Source: an uncultured archaeon (GTDB lineage Archaea > Thermoproteota > Nitrososphaeria_A > Caldarchaeales > Calditenuaceae). From it: a stretch of DNA of 64,000 nt. The number at the start of each line of letters is the position of its first letter. Position 1 is the first letter of the stretch. The notes beneath the pieces were generated by a model. It was not told where the DNA came from and did no database searches. It saw only the letters and a program-made list of their open reading frames with translations. This document shows positions 1-9,382 of the stretch, piece after piece. The stretch is from positions 19,236 through 83,235 of the forward strand of contig CAKZUF010000002.1 in the NCBI GenBank assembly GCA_937921685.1. The letters run 5' to 3'. The translations under genes and the position numbers were made by a program.

Positions 1-22
1 TCCAAGTTTTAATGACCCTGAG

Positions 23-835
23 TTGAAGAGCACCTCCCGTCCACTATACAAGGAGTTGGCGGAGCTCTATGAGACGATAGAGGAGAGGAATTACGAAGCA
101 GAGATCTCACTCATAGACAAGGTGTTTAAGGAGCATCACGTCAAGAGCGTGATAGACCTTGGCTGCGGGACTGGCATCCACGTGAGGGAGCTGGCCAAGC
201 GAGGGTATAGGACACTGGGGATAGACATCTCACCATCAATGATAAGGGTGGCTAAGAAGAGGGCTAGCGGCCTAAAGGGTGTAAGTTTCGTAAAGGCGGA
301 CTACTACACCTATAACCCGAAGGCGCGATTTGACGGCGCCCTCTGCCTAAACTGGTCGATCCCAGTTACCTTGAGAGGATTGGAGAAATTTTTCTCCAAC
401 ACGGCCCACCTCCTCCGAGAGGGGGGAGTCCTAATAGTAGACTATGAGAAGCCGAGTGATATTGTTTGGAGCGATGTGGGCAAGCCGGTTATCGACTCTT
501 GGAGGTTTAGTGGGGGGCAAATAGTCCGTGTCTCGGTCGGCGAGATCAGACGCAACTTGATGAAGAGTAGAGATGTTTATATCGTCTTCGGACGACCGAG
601 GGGTTTCAGTCCGCCTAGCGAGGAGGAGAGATACTTGGGAAGGTGGAGAGGCGAGGACGTATCCGTATTCCTGGATGTCTCGTATGTTAGGTTCTATGAG
701 CCTCGCGAGCTCGCCAAAATAGCCTCTAGATATGGGTTCAGCTCCAAAAGAATCTTATCCGTGAAGACGAAGAGAGGATATGTAAGGCTCTACAACATAT
801 TCATCAAGAAGGGGGGAAATAGTGTTAATATCTGA
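23..835 (+). CDS. Class I SAM-dependent methyltransferase
   Basis: Motif I VIDLGCGTGIH followed by the acidic GIDIS motif. TTG start, 270 aa. Confidence 0.75.
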   Translation: MKSTSRPLYKELAELYETIEERNYEAEISLIDKVFKEHHVKSVIDLGCGTGIHVRELAKRGYRTLGIDISPSMIRVAKKRASGLKGVSFVKADYYTYNPKARFDGALCLNWSIPVTLRGLEKFFSNTAHLLREGGVLIVDYEKPSDIVWSDVGKPVIDSWRFSGGQIVRVSVGEIRRNLMKSRDVYIVFGRPRGFSPPSEEERYLGRWRGEDVSVFLDVSYVRFYEPRELAKIASRYGFSSKRILSVKTKRGYVRLYNIFIKKGGNSVNI

Positions 836-856
836 CTCAAAGGATTTAGATACATA

Positions 857-1075
857 ATGTCGCAAGCGAAGGAGCGGAGAGCTAGGATCCCCGACCATAG
901 ACATTGCATCATATGTGGAAGACCAGTTCCCCCTAAGGAGGAGCTGTGCTCCAACGAGTGCAAGAGCGTATATGAGGGGAGGCTAAAGAGGGAGAGGAGA
1001 ACCCGCCTCCTACTCCTGATACTCTACATAGCCCTCCTAGGCTCACTCTTCTTTTTCTTCTTCCTCCCACGGTGA
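857..1075 (+). CDS. Small Zn-ribbon protein with C-terminal TM helix (DUF2116-like)
   Basis: HRHCIICGRPV...CSNECK cysteine pattern, basic stretch, then a hydrophobic tail LLLLILYIALLGSLFFFFF. Confidence 0.5.
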   Translation: MSQAKERRARIPDHRHCIICGRPVPPKEELCSNECKSVYEGRLKRERRTRLLLLILYIALLGSLFFFFFLPR

Positions 1076-2077
1076 GTTGATTGTGATATAGGCGACATCC
1101 CTCTCGCTATACAGCCCCCACCTCCCACCCTCAAGGACGAAGGAGTACGCCACGCCGGGGGCAGGATCGGCAATGAATTCGCGCAGCTTCAAAGCATTTA
1201 ACAATTCACCAAGCCTTCTCGACCCGTTAAGGATGATCAACACGTCCTCACCGCTATACGTCTTAGGACTCCAAACCCCCCAATTCACCTCTCCGTTCCT
1301 GACATTGGCTACCACTTCCTCATGTAGCAGATTTAGGACATCGTCGTTGAGCATTCTTGAAAGCTTCAACTTGACCTTACCGGAGAAGAGTTTACCGGCT
1401 CTCTCAGCGGCAGAGAGCAGGTAATTGATGCTTCCCTTAGACCCGTAGCTTAGGGAGCATTGAGCGCCTTCGAGGTAGAGGTTAGACTTCTCAAGACCGA
1501 TTTTCAAATGGCCCTTAGCAGACTTGACCCATACAACATACAGCTCAGGACCCTTGGTCAGAGATATCTTCAGTGCCGGACATCTGAGAACTCCCTTAGC
1601 ATTCTCGCCGCCACCTATTAGAAGACCGACCACCTGACCACGCGGCATAGTAGTGTGAATTTCTTCTACTGAGTGTAGTTCCACCTTTGAGCTTGGGTTG
1701 AAGTTGAAAGACGTGTGCAACGATTCACCGAGTGGATATTCAGTCGCGGTAAGCTCGCCGACTTCCAAGATGCCGCTAACCGGTCTCTTGAACGCGAGGC
1801 TGATACGTAGCTCTTCTCCCCGATCTCCTGGCAAGGCATTTACTGATTTTAGCAGAGTCTTGCCTGTGCTCAGGGCTAAGAGTATCAGGATAATGGCAGT
1901 TACAAGTATTAGCAATGTGGGGCTGGGGCCTTGTGTGTTTAAAGGATCCGAAGGGTTGAGCACCATAAGTAAGAGCGAGAGGGCCGCAATTATTACACCG
2001 GCTATGATTATTTTCCTCCTACTTACTGGTAAAAATACTCTGTGTGAGAGCTCGGTGGATAGGTCGACTATCCGCAC
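1043..2077 (-). CDS. Hypothetical membrane-anchored protein
   Basis: Long ORF with two N-terminal hydrophobic helices and a soluble C-terminal domain. No family recognised. Confidence 0.4.
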   Translation of the reverse strand: MRIVDLSTELSHRVFLPVSRRKIIIAGVIIAALSLLLMVLNPSDPLNTQGPSPTLLILVTAIILILLALSTGKTLLKSVNALPGDRGEELRISLAFKRPVSGILEVGELTATEYPLGESLHTSFNFNPSSKVELHSVEEIHTTMPRGQVVGLLIGGGENAKGVLRCPALKISLTKGPELYVVWVKSAKGHLKIGLEKSNLYLEGAQCSLSYGSKGSINYLLSAAERAGKLFSGKVKLKLSRMLNDDVLNLLHEEVVANVRNGEVNWGVWSPKTYSGEDVLIILNGSRRLGELLNALKLREFIADPAPGVAYSFVLEGGRWGLYSERDVAYITINSPWEEEEKEE

Positions 2078-2112
2078 TCTATGACAAAGAGTATCTACAC
2101 ATGCTTATAAGC

Positions 2113-2451
2113 TCAGCGCATCGCGTATCTCTTAATAAGCCATATCCTGACAATAGTCCCTCCAAAAAGTGATATTGCAGCAGCCACTGCGAGTAGTTGA
2201 GCCGCAAAGATATTCCCAGCAATGACAAAAACTATCGCTGAGAGGGAAGATATTGCAAAGGTGAAGAAGTAGAGCGGTGCCTTTCTCTCAGACTGCTCGA
2301 GATATTCTTCATGGCATCCTCTCAGATGCTTCGGGTTAGTGAGTCGGAGGCAGGTTGTTAGGCAGGGATAGCGGGTGGAAAGCGCGTCTACTATTGAGAG
2401 CGGCTCACCGCACAATATGCATTCATTTATCGTCGGCTTCTTTGGGGACAA
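2113..2451 (-). CDS. Hypothetical Zn-ribbon / two-TM protein
   Basis: N-terminal CILCGEP...C cysteines and two C-terminal hydrophobic helices. No family recognised. Confidence 0.35.
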   Translation of the reverse strand: MSPKKPTINECILCGEPLSIVDALSTRYPCLTTCLRLTNPKHLRGCHEEYLEQSERKAPLYFFTFAISSLSAIVFVIAGNIFAAQLLAVAAAISLFGGTIVRIWLIKRYAMR

Positions 2452-2519
2452 TTGCTGTGGTCAGTTCTCTTGGGATGGATATATATTTTCGGGTTCTACT
2501 TGTAGTCTTGCGATAACGC

Positions 2520-3728
2520 ATGCTTATCATATCCCTGTACAAGGCAGTTCCCGCAAGAACAACCAAGATCGTGACTGTCGGGGGTGTCTTGCGAAGAGAA
2601 GAGATGGACCTTGTTATGAACCCGTTCGACTATAAGGCAATAGAGGCTGCTGATTACTTGAAAAGGGCATTTGGAGGTAAGGTTGTCTCGCTGACTATGG
2701 GGCCTGATTTCAAGCTTAAGCCAATAGCTGCAAGCCTCTACGACGCTCCTGTCGAGGGGGTGGATGAGTCTTACATTCTCAGCGATAGGAGGATGGCCGG
2801 TGCTGATACTTGGGCTACAGCCTATACCGTCGCCCTGGGCGTCAAAAAAGTTGTCGAGACGCATTTAGCGGCTGTGGACGAGCTTATATCTCTACTGCGA
2901 GCCGGTGAGAGTCCCCAGTCTTTTGCAGGGAAGGTGAAAGAACTCTATGAGAAGAACCTAATCCCGAACATTGTCTACTCTACGTTGCCTACGCTCGAGG
3001 GATTGACTCTGACTGAGAGGTTGTTGAAGAGTGAGATAAGTAGGGAGGAGGCGGTGAGGTTGTTGGAGAAGGTTAGGCAGGAGGTGGAGAGATTCGTAGT
3101 TATTGCGGGGATTAAGACGAGCGACGGCGAGACAGGAAGTACTGGTCCTCAGGTTGCTGAGGCCCTTTCAGGGATGCTTGGCAGATTCATTCCGAGTGTA
3201 ACATATGTCAGGGAGCTAGAAGCCGACCCAGAAGCCGGGTTCATCTACGTCGAACGTAAGCTAGGCGACATAGTCCAGAAACTTCGCGTACCTCTACCGT
3301 GCGTAATCACGATTGCGACCGACTATCGTCCTCGCACTCCGCAGCTCAGGTTGAAGAAGAGGGCTCGCTTATACAGTTATGCAAAGAAGGTCCTAGAGAG
3401 TGTGGTCTGGAATGCGGATATGCTGGGCGCAGACCCACAGTTGATCGGGTTGGCGGGTTCTCCGACAATAGTCGGGCCTGGTATTGATATCGGGGGCCCG
3501 CCTGTTCAGAAGTTCGTCGATAAGACCCTTGTGTTCTCGACCCGCGTGGAGGAGTTTGAGTTTAACGGTAAGAAGTATGGGCCTTTCGAGAGGCTCAGCA
3601 GGGCTGATGACCTGCCTCCCGAGATTTTAGACCATCTAAAGGGGCGTGGTGTTCTCAAGGTGTTTAGCCTTGAAGACCTTGTTGAGGAGTTGTTTGGGGT
3701 GAGACTGAGCATTGCAAGGGAGCAGTGA
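2520..3728 (+). CDS. etfB: Electron transfer flavoprotein beta subunit (FixA-like), unusually long form
   Basis: ETF-beta N-terminus (NPFDYKAIEAA) and AGIKTSDGETGSTGPQVAEAL, resembling the canonical GxxxxDxxTGQVGPxLAE. 402 aa versus the usual ~260. Precedes etfA with overlap. Confidence 0.8.
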   Translation: MLIISLYKAVPARTTKIVTVGGVLRREEMDLVMNPFDYKAIEAADYLKRAFGGKVVSLTMGPDFKLKPIAASLYDAPVEGVDESYILSDRRMAGADTWATAYTVALGVKKVVETHLAAVDELISLLRAGESPQSFAGKVKELYEKNLIPNIVYSTLPTLEGLTLTERLLKSEISREEAVRLLEKVRQEVERFVVIAGIKTSDGETGSTGPQVAEALSGMLGRFIPSVTYVRELEADPEAGFIYVERKLGDIVQKLRVPLPCVITIATDYRPRTPQLRLKKRARLYSYAKKVLESVVWNADMLGADPQLIGLAGSPTIVGPGIDIGGPPVQKFVDKTLVFSTRVEEFEFNGKKYGPFERLSRADDLPPEILDHLKGRGVLKVFSLEDLVEELFGVRLSIAREQ

Positions 3729-4818
3729 GTATAGGGACGTTTGGGTTTATTGCGAGGTACAAGACGGCGAGCTTACCCGCCCCACAACGGAGATAATCGC
3801 CGGAGCCCGCAAGATTGCAGATAAAGTGAATATGAAGGTTGTTGGAGTACTGTTAGGATATAATCTCGGGAACGTTGCTAGGGAGCCGATCTATTACGGC
3901 GCAGATAAGGTGATAGTATGTGATACCCCTCTGCTGAAGAGCTACCAAGCAATACCCTACGCTTATGTCTTGTCGGACATGGTTCTTAAGCTGAGGCCTT
4001 GGGCCTTCCTCTTCGTAGCCAACGAAATGGGTAGGGAGCTCGGCGCCCGTGTAGCTTATAAGACGCTTACAGGACTTGCGGCAGACTGCATAGACCTCCT
4101 CGTTGAGGACTTTGTAATGCATACACCACAAGGGACTAAAGTCTTTAAGGACTGCATCGCACAAGTACGCCCTGACTTCGCCACCCGTATAGCCAAGATC
4201 TTCACCCCGAGGCACAGGCCTCAGATGAGTAACATTAGACCCGGCTCGTTTACACCGTTACCGCGGGACGAGTCTCGGAAGGGGGAGGTGGTCCAATGGG
4301 AGGCTGAGATACCGCCAGAGGCGTTCGCTGTCGAGGTTATAGAGGAGTGGAGGCTTCCTAAGAGTCCAGTAAAGCTTGAGGAGGCGAAGGTGATAATTAG
4401 CCTCGGTTTGGGCGTCTTGAAGGATGCTAAGGGGAATCCAAGAAACCCGGTTGAGGCGTATAGATATGCGGAGAAGTTGAAGAATGCCGTTGAGAAGCGG
4501 CTGGGGGTTGTGGCCGAAATAGGTGCGTCGAGGGCTTTGATCTACTCCGGCATCAAGGAGCTTGAAGGCTTGATCGTCAAGGATAGGCAGGTTGGGCAGA
4601 CGGGGAAAACAGTCGCGCCCGACATCTACATTGCTGCTGGAATAAGCGGCGCGATACAGCACAGGGTCGGCATCATGAGGGCCAAGAAGATAGTAGCGAT
4701 AAACACGGACCCCGCCGCCCCCATATTCCAGATAGCCCACTACGGCATAGTGGGCGATCTCTATGAAGTTCTACCCAAGCTCGTAGAGTACTTGGGAGGT
4801 GGTGAGGTTGAAGCCTGA
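3712..4818 (+). CDS. etfA: Electron transfer flavoprotein alpha subunit (FixB-like)
   Basis: C-terminal FAD-binding region PDIYIAAGISGAIQHRVGIMRAKKIVAINTDPAAPIF is the classic ETF-alpha signature. Confidence 0.85.
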   Translation: MQGSSEYRDVWVYCEVQDGELTRPTTEIIAGARKIADKVNMKVVGVLLGYNLGNVAREPIYYGADKVIVCDTPLLKSYQAIPYAYVLSDMVLKLRPWAFLFVANEMGRELGARVAYKTLTGLAADCIDLLVEDFVMHTPQGTKVFKDCIAQVRPDFATRIAKIFTPRHRPQMSNIRPGSFTPLPRDESRKGEVVQWEAEIPPEAFAVEVIEEWRLPKSPVKLEEAKVIISLGLGVLKDAKGNPRNPVEAYRYAEKLKNAVEKRLGVVAEIGASRALIYSGIKELEGLIVKDRQVGQTGKTVAPDIYIAAGISGAIQHRVGIMRAKKIVAINTDPAAPIFQIAHYGIVGDLYEVLPKLVEYLGGGEVEA

Positions 4819-6508
4819 CTATGATGTTATAGTCGTGGGGGCAGGCCCGGCGGGCTGCGCGGCGGCTAACTACTTAGCCAGAAAGGGAGTCGATGTGGCT
4901 CTAGTTGATAAGGCGCAGGTCCCTGGGCAGAAAAACGTTACGGGGGGAGTCATATATACACAGTATCTCCCCGGGTATAGCTTTGATGACGCATTCCCCG
5001 GATTTAGGGAGGAGGCTCCTCTAGAGAGGAAGATAGTCGCCCACGAAGTTGCTGTCCTATCACGGCCTGAGAAACGGAATGGAAATGTGGCCTATAGGAG
5101 GGCGCGGATAGGAGAGGACTCTCTCCTAAACAAGCTGGGTGTCACAGGCTTTGGTTTGACCGGCTCGGAGGGCTATTCAGTTCTAAGGGCTAAGCTGGAC
5201 AAGTGGATGGCTAGGAAGGTATCTGAGAGCGGGGGGGTTGTGGTTACCTATAAGGCGGTGGAGGACCTCTACCGCGAGGATAACCAGGTAAGAGGGGTAA
5301 TCACGAGTTCCGAGACTGTTACATGTAATCTAGTTATCGACGCCTCGGGCGTAACTTCACGTCTCATAGACAAAGCGGGGCTTAGGCCCCTCCTCACCCC
5401 TGACAAAGTCTATCACGGTGTTAAGCATGTCTACAAGCTTTCCCCTGAGAAAATAGAGGAAAGGTTCGGCCTCAAGCCCGGCGAGGGGAAGGCAATCTTT
5501 TACATGGGCGACGTCATGCAGGGGGTGAATGGCGGCGGCTTCCTCTACACCAACCAAGACACCTTGAGCGTGGGAATAGTCATCTCGCTAGACTCATTCC
5601 TTAACCGTGCCCTAGAGAAGATGGAGACCCTTGGTAAACCACTCGACATTCTTGAGAGCTTAGAGTCTCACCCAGAGGTTGCCCCCCTCCTAGAGGGGGC
5701 TGAGCTCGTAGAGTATTCCGCACACAATATTCCGAAGGGCTATAAAACAATGCTAGCGCAGCCCTACACATCAGGCTACATAGTTGCGGGTGATGCGCTT
5801 GGTGCATTTGTCAAGATTGGGGGTCTCATAGATGGGATGAGGCGGGCGGTTGCCACGGGGATCATGGCAGCCCAAGCATATCTCAGGGCCGCGAGTGAGG
5901 GAGACTTCAGCGCTAAGACGCTCGCCATCTACAAGGAGTTGCTTGCCCCAATCTACAGGGATGTCCAGAGGTCTGGGAGAAACGCGATGCTCACCGAGTC
6001 CTCAATCGCGTACAGACTCGCGCCGAGGCTTATGCTGAGGCTCAGCGGCGAGAAGGTAGAGGCGAAAGTCCAGAAAGATTTCAACCCCCTTAATACCGAC
6101 GCGATTAAGAGGGTACAGGAGAGGACAGGGCTTCTAGACTATGATGAGGACAAAGAATACAGCCACATAAAAGTGGATACGGACAAAGCCTCTGCACAGA
6201 ACCTGAAGATGTGGGTGTCAGCATGCCCTGTGAACTGCTATACACTTGTTCTGGAGAAGGGAGTTTTCGCCTCCTTAAAGGACCTCTACAAATATAACTT
6301 GGCTAGAAAATTGGCGGAGGGGGTGGCTGAGGAGAGGGCTAAAGCTCTGGCGAGGGCTGAAACAATGGAAGATATGGCGCGTGCTAGGCTGAACTTCGAC
6401 CACGTAGCATGCGTGGCCTGCGGTACATGTGGAGTTATCGGCCCACAAGATATAGTAGACTTCGGCCACGAGAGGGACGGCCACGGTGTCAGATTCAAGT
6501 ACGGGTAG
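4799..6508 (+). CDS. fixC: ETF-quinone oxidoreductase FixC fused to a FixX-like ferredoxin domain
   Basis: N-terminal DVIVVGAGPAGCAAA FAD fold. C-terminal CPVNCY...CVACGTCGVIGP ferredoxin-like segment. Follows etfBA. Confidence 0.8.
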   Translation: MVRLKPDYDVIVVGAGPAGCAAANYLARKGVDVALVDKAQVPGQKNVTGGVIYTQYLPGYSFDDAFPGFREEAPLERKIVAHEVAVLSRPEKRNGNVAYRRARIGEDSLLNKLGVTGFGLTGSEGYSVLRAKLDKWMARKVSESGGVVVTYKAVEDLYREDNQVRGVITSSETVTCNLVIDASGVTSRLIDKAGLRPLLTPDKVYHGVKHVYKLSPEKIEERFGLKPGEGKAIFYMGDVMQGVNGGGFLYTNQDTLSVGIVISLDSFLNRALEKMETLGKPLDILESLESHPEVAPLLEGAELVEYSAHNIPKGYKTMLAQPYTSGYIVAGDALGAFVKIGGLIDGMRRAVATGIMAAQAYLRAASEGDFSAKTLAIYKELLAPIYRDVQRSGRNAMLTESSIAYRLAPRLMLRLSGEKVEAKVQKDFNPLNTDAIKRVQERTGLLDYDEDKEYSHIKVDTDKASAQNLKMWVSACPVNCYTLVLEKGVFASLKDLYKYNLARKLAEGVAEERAKALARAETMEDMARARLNFDHVACVACGTCGVIGPQDIVDFGHERDGHGVRFKYG

Positions 6509-6544
6509 AAAAAATTAATATTTGGCCCACACCAACAATAGAAT

Positions 6545-7063
6545 GTGGCGCTAACATCAGTTACAAATGTGATACGGACAAAGCTCGACGTACGGAACTT
6601 CTCCCAAAAAGATGTGTCGTGGGAGGATAAAGTCAGCATACTGGATGCGGGTCGAATGGCTGGGTCGGGCATGAATAGCCAGCACTGGCGTTTTATACTT
6701 CTAGATAAGCGTGAGGATCTTCAGAAACTTGCCGACCTAAGCATTACGGGTAAATGGGTGAGTGGTGCAAACTTCGCTGTAGTAGTTCTTACCGACTCGC
6801 GATACGCTTGGCACCTCCTTGACGCCGGACGGGCGATAACCAATATGATGCTAGAGGCTTGGAGTAGGGGGATAGTCTCATGCATCTGTACAGGCTATAA
6901 TGAGGAGGCGTTAAGGAATTGGTTGAAGATTCCTCCCAACCTCGCTATCGCGGGGTTCATAGGGTTTGGCTATCCCGTGAAGAGGATCATAGGCAGGAAG
7001 AATAGATTGCCTTTGGAGCAGATTGCCTATTATGGACGGTTCGGTGAGCCACTCAGGAAGTAA
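6545..7063 (+). CDS. Nitroreductase family protein
   Basis: RNFSQKDVS...ILDAGRMAGSGMNSQHWRFILL matches the nitroreductase N-terminal pattern. 172 aa. Confidence 0.7.
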   Translation: MALTSVTNVIRTKLDVRNFSQKDVSWEDKVSILDAGRMAGSGMNSQHWRFILLDKREDLQKLADLSITGKWVSGANFAVVVLTDSRYAWHLLDAGRAITNMMLEAWSRGIVSCICTGYNEEALRNWLKIPPNLAIAGFIGFGYPVKRIIGRKNRLPLEQIAYYGRFGEPLRK

Positions 7064-8627
7064 GGGAGCTGAGAAGCTAGCAGAGGCTCTACTCAGGGAG
7101 CCGCAACTCCTAAGCACAGGCATCTCAGCCACAAAATTAATTTTGGCAAGGAAGCTTAACATTAAGGAAATACCTAGCAACACCGAGCTTATTCAGGCGT
7201 TAAGGGAGAAGGGAGCACCATCCACACTGCTTAAACAGCTGAGGCGCAAGCCCGTCAAGACAAGGTCAGGTGTCTCTATCATAACAGTCGTAATCCCCCT
7301 TTTTAGCTGCCCACACGGCCGATGCATATACTGCCCAGGCGGAGGCCAGACAGGGTTCCCACAAAGCTACACAGGGGCTGAGCCAGTAGTCAGCTACGCA
7401 CGTAGCGTCGGATACAATGTCGAGACACAGGTCAGAAATTATCTAAAAAGGCTGGAGAGTATGGGGCACGAAGTCGATAAGGTAGAAATCATCTTCATAG
7501 GCGGGACATACACATCGGCAAGCCCAGAGGCGCAGAGATCATACATTAAGGCCGCCCTAGACGGACTTCACAACTCCAGATCTAATAGTGTTGAGGAGGC
7601 GCTGGCGAGGGCGGAGTGGGCCCGCCCACGTTTGGTAGGCATGATGGTGGAGACGCGGCCTGATTGGGTCAGACCGGCCATAGCCGATGAGCTGGTTAGG
7701 CTTGGCGTGACCCGGGTTGAGCTCGGAGTACAGGCACTCGATGATGAGATCTATCGCCTCATAGCCCGCGGACACACTGTCCAAGATGTCGTAGATGCGT
7801 CTAGAATACTCAGAGACAGGGCCTTCAAAGTCGGATACCACTTTATGCCCGGACTACCGGGCTCAAACCCTGAGAAGGACCTCGAAATGTATAGGACCAT
7901 TTTCCAAGACCCACGCTTCAGGCCAGACACCATCAAGATTTACCCAACCATGGTGCTTCCAGACACTCCTCTATACCAGCTCTGGAAGAGGGGCGAATAC
8001 AAACCCTACGATGTAAAGACGCTGATTGACCTGCTAGTTAGGATGATAGAACATACACCACCATACGTCAGAATACAGAGGATTAGGCGTGAGATACCGG
8101 GCGAGACTGCTGTAGACGGTAGATACCCTGGTAACCTGAGGGAACTAGTCGAGAGGGAGGCGGAGAGGCGAGGTATACGCTGTAGGTGTGTAAGATGCCG
8201 GGAGGTGGGGAGACAGGCTTCGCCTAGCGAGGAATATTCCAAGCCCATGGAGGTTAAGGAGCTATGGTACAATACACTGGGGGGCCGAGAAGTCTTCATA
8301 TCTTATGAGACCGGCGATGGTTGGGTATTGGCCGGCCTATTGAGGCTTAGGCTTCCCGAGGAGCCTGCAAACGAGCTGCTAGATGGATCAGCACTGGTCA
8401 GGGAGCTCCACGTCTACGGTGAGATGACGCCTGTCGGCAGCAGGCCCGAGCGGGGGGTGTGGCAGCATAGGGGCATAGGCACCAAGCTCCTGAGGAGGGC
8501 TGAGGAACTAGCCCGGGAGCAGGGCTATCGGAGAGTCGTAGTGATTAGCGGGCTCGGAGTCAAAGAATACTACGCCAAGAAAGGGTATGAGAGACATGGA
8601 CCATACATGGCTAAAACGCTAGATTAA
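7023..8627 (+). CDS. elp3: Elp3-type radical-SAM / GNAT acetyltransferase (tRNA U34 modification)
   Basis: Radical SAM cysteines CPHGRCIYCPGG and a C-terminal GNAT motif QHRGIGTKLLRRAEELA. The exact start (7023 or 7032) is uncertain. Confidence 0.85.
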   Translation: MPIMDGSVSHSGSKGAEKLAEALLREPQLLSTGISATKLILARKLNIKEIPSNTELIQALREKGAPSTLLKQLRRKPVKTRSGVSIITVVIPLFSCPHGRCIYCPGGGQTGFPQSYTGAEPVVSYARSVGYNVETQVRNYLKRLESMGHEVDKVEIIFIGGTYTSASPEAQRSYIKAALDGLHNSRSNSVEEALARAEWARPRLVGMMVETRPDWVRPAIADELVRLGVTRVELGVQALDDEIYRLIARGHTVQDVVDASRILRDRAFKVGYHFMPGLPGSNPEKDLEMYRTIFQDPRFRPDTIKIYPTMVLPDTPLYQLWKRGEYKPYDVKTLIDLLVRMIEHTPPYVRIQRIRREIPGETAVDGRYPGNLRELVEREAERRGIRCRCVRCREVGRQASPSEEYSKPMEVKELWYNTLGGREVFISYETGDGWVLAGLLRLRLPEEPANELLDGSALVRELHVYGEMTPVGSRPERGVWQHRGIGTKLLRRAEELAREQGYRRVVVISGLGVKEYYAKKGYERHGPYMAKTLD

Positions 8628-8632
8628 GAGCC

Positions 8633-9382
8633 ATGATCAGCATAGAAGAGGCGGTTACTCAGATAAAGTCAGCAATAACGGCCGGCAGACTAGTCGCAAT
8701 AGTAGGCGAGATGGAAGTGTTCTACGAGGGGCGATCTATCAGCTGGCTTGGCAGCGGCGAAAGACTCCTAGTCATCAAACAGGATAGGAGCGTCCTCGTC
8801 CACCGGCCTACAGGCTATGAGCCCACGAACTGGCAGCCAGCCGGGAGCCACATAGACGTTTGGAGCGAAGAGGGCAAACTGGTAATAGTCTCAAAGCGCA
8901 CCTCGCCGCCCGAGACGTTGAAAATCATTATCTCACGGATACTTAACCTATCATCCTTCGGACTAAGGGATGAGGCCGAGTTCCAGATACACGCCCGCGA
9001 GGAGGATATGAAGCAGGCCATCATTGCGGAGCCCAGCATAATAGAGGATGGATTCAGAGTTGTTGAGAGCGAGAGGAAGACCAAGAGCGGATACATCGAC
9101 ATATTGGGAGTCGACAGGGATGGTAGGCTTGTTGTAATAGAGATAAAGAGGGAGAAGGCAGACGTCGGAGACGTCGAGCAGCTAGTCAGGTACTCGGCTC
9201 AGATAGAAGAAGAGTTTGGATCTAAGCCCAGGCAGATGATAGTCGCCCCACTACTATCAAGCAGAGCAGCTAGAAAGGCCAGAATTCTGGGGGTGGAGTT
9301 TAGACAACTCTCACCACGCAAAGCGCAGGAAATTATAAGGAGGAGAAAAGGACTCGACAGGTTTCTATCCGGCGAAGACTAG
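8633..9382 (+). CDS. nucS: Endonuclease NucS (EndoMS)
   Basis: C-terminal RecB-like nuclease motif GYIDILGVDRDGRLVVIEIKREKA. 249 aa, typical NucS length. Confidence 0.85.
   Translation: MISIEEAVTQIKSAITAGRLVAIVGEMEVFYEGRSISWLGSGERLLVIKQDRSVLVHRPTGYEPTNWQPAGSHIDVWSEEGKLVIVSKRTSPPETLKIIISRILNLSSFGLRDEAEFQIHAREEDMKQAIIAEPSIIEDGFRVVESERKTKSGYIDILGVDRDGRLVVIEIKREKADVGDVEQLVRYSAQIEEEFGSKPRQMIVAPLLSSRAARKARILGVEFRQLSPRKAQEIIRRRKGLDRFLSGED

Noticed and set aside
1043-1075. 33-nt convergent overlap across a homopyrimidine tract (FFFFF on one strand, EEEEKEE on the other)
   Set aside because: It is probably an incidental C-terminal extension of one or both hypothetical ORFs. Neither tail is likely to be functionally important.
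9379-9382. nucS and mat share overlapping stop codons in the palindrome CTAG
   Set aside because: This is real but a trivial consequence of convergent tight packing. No functional implication can be supported.
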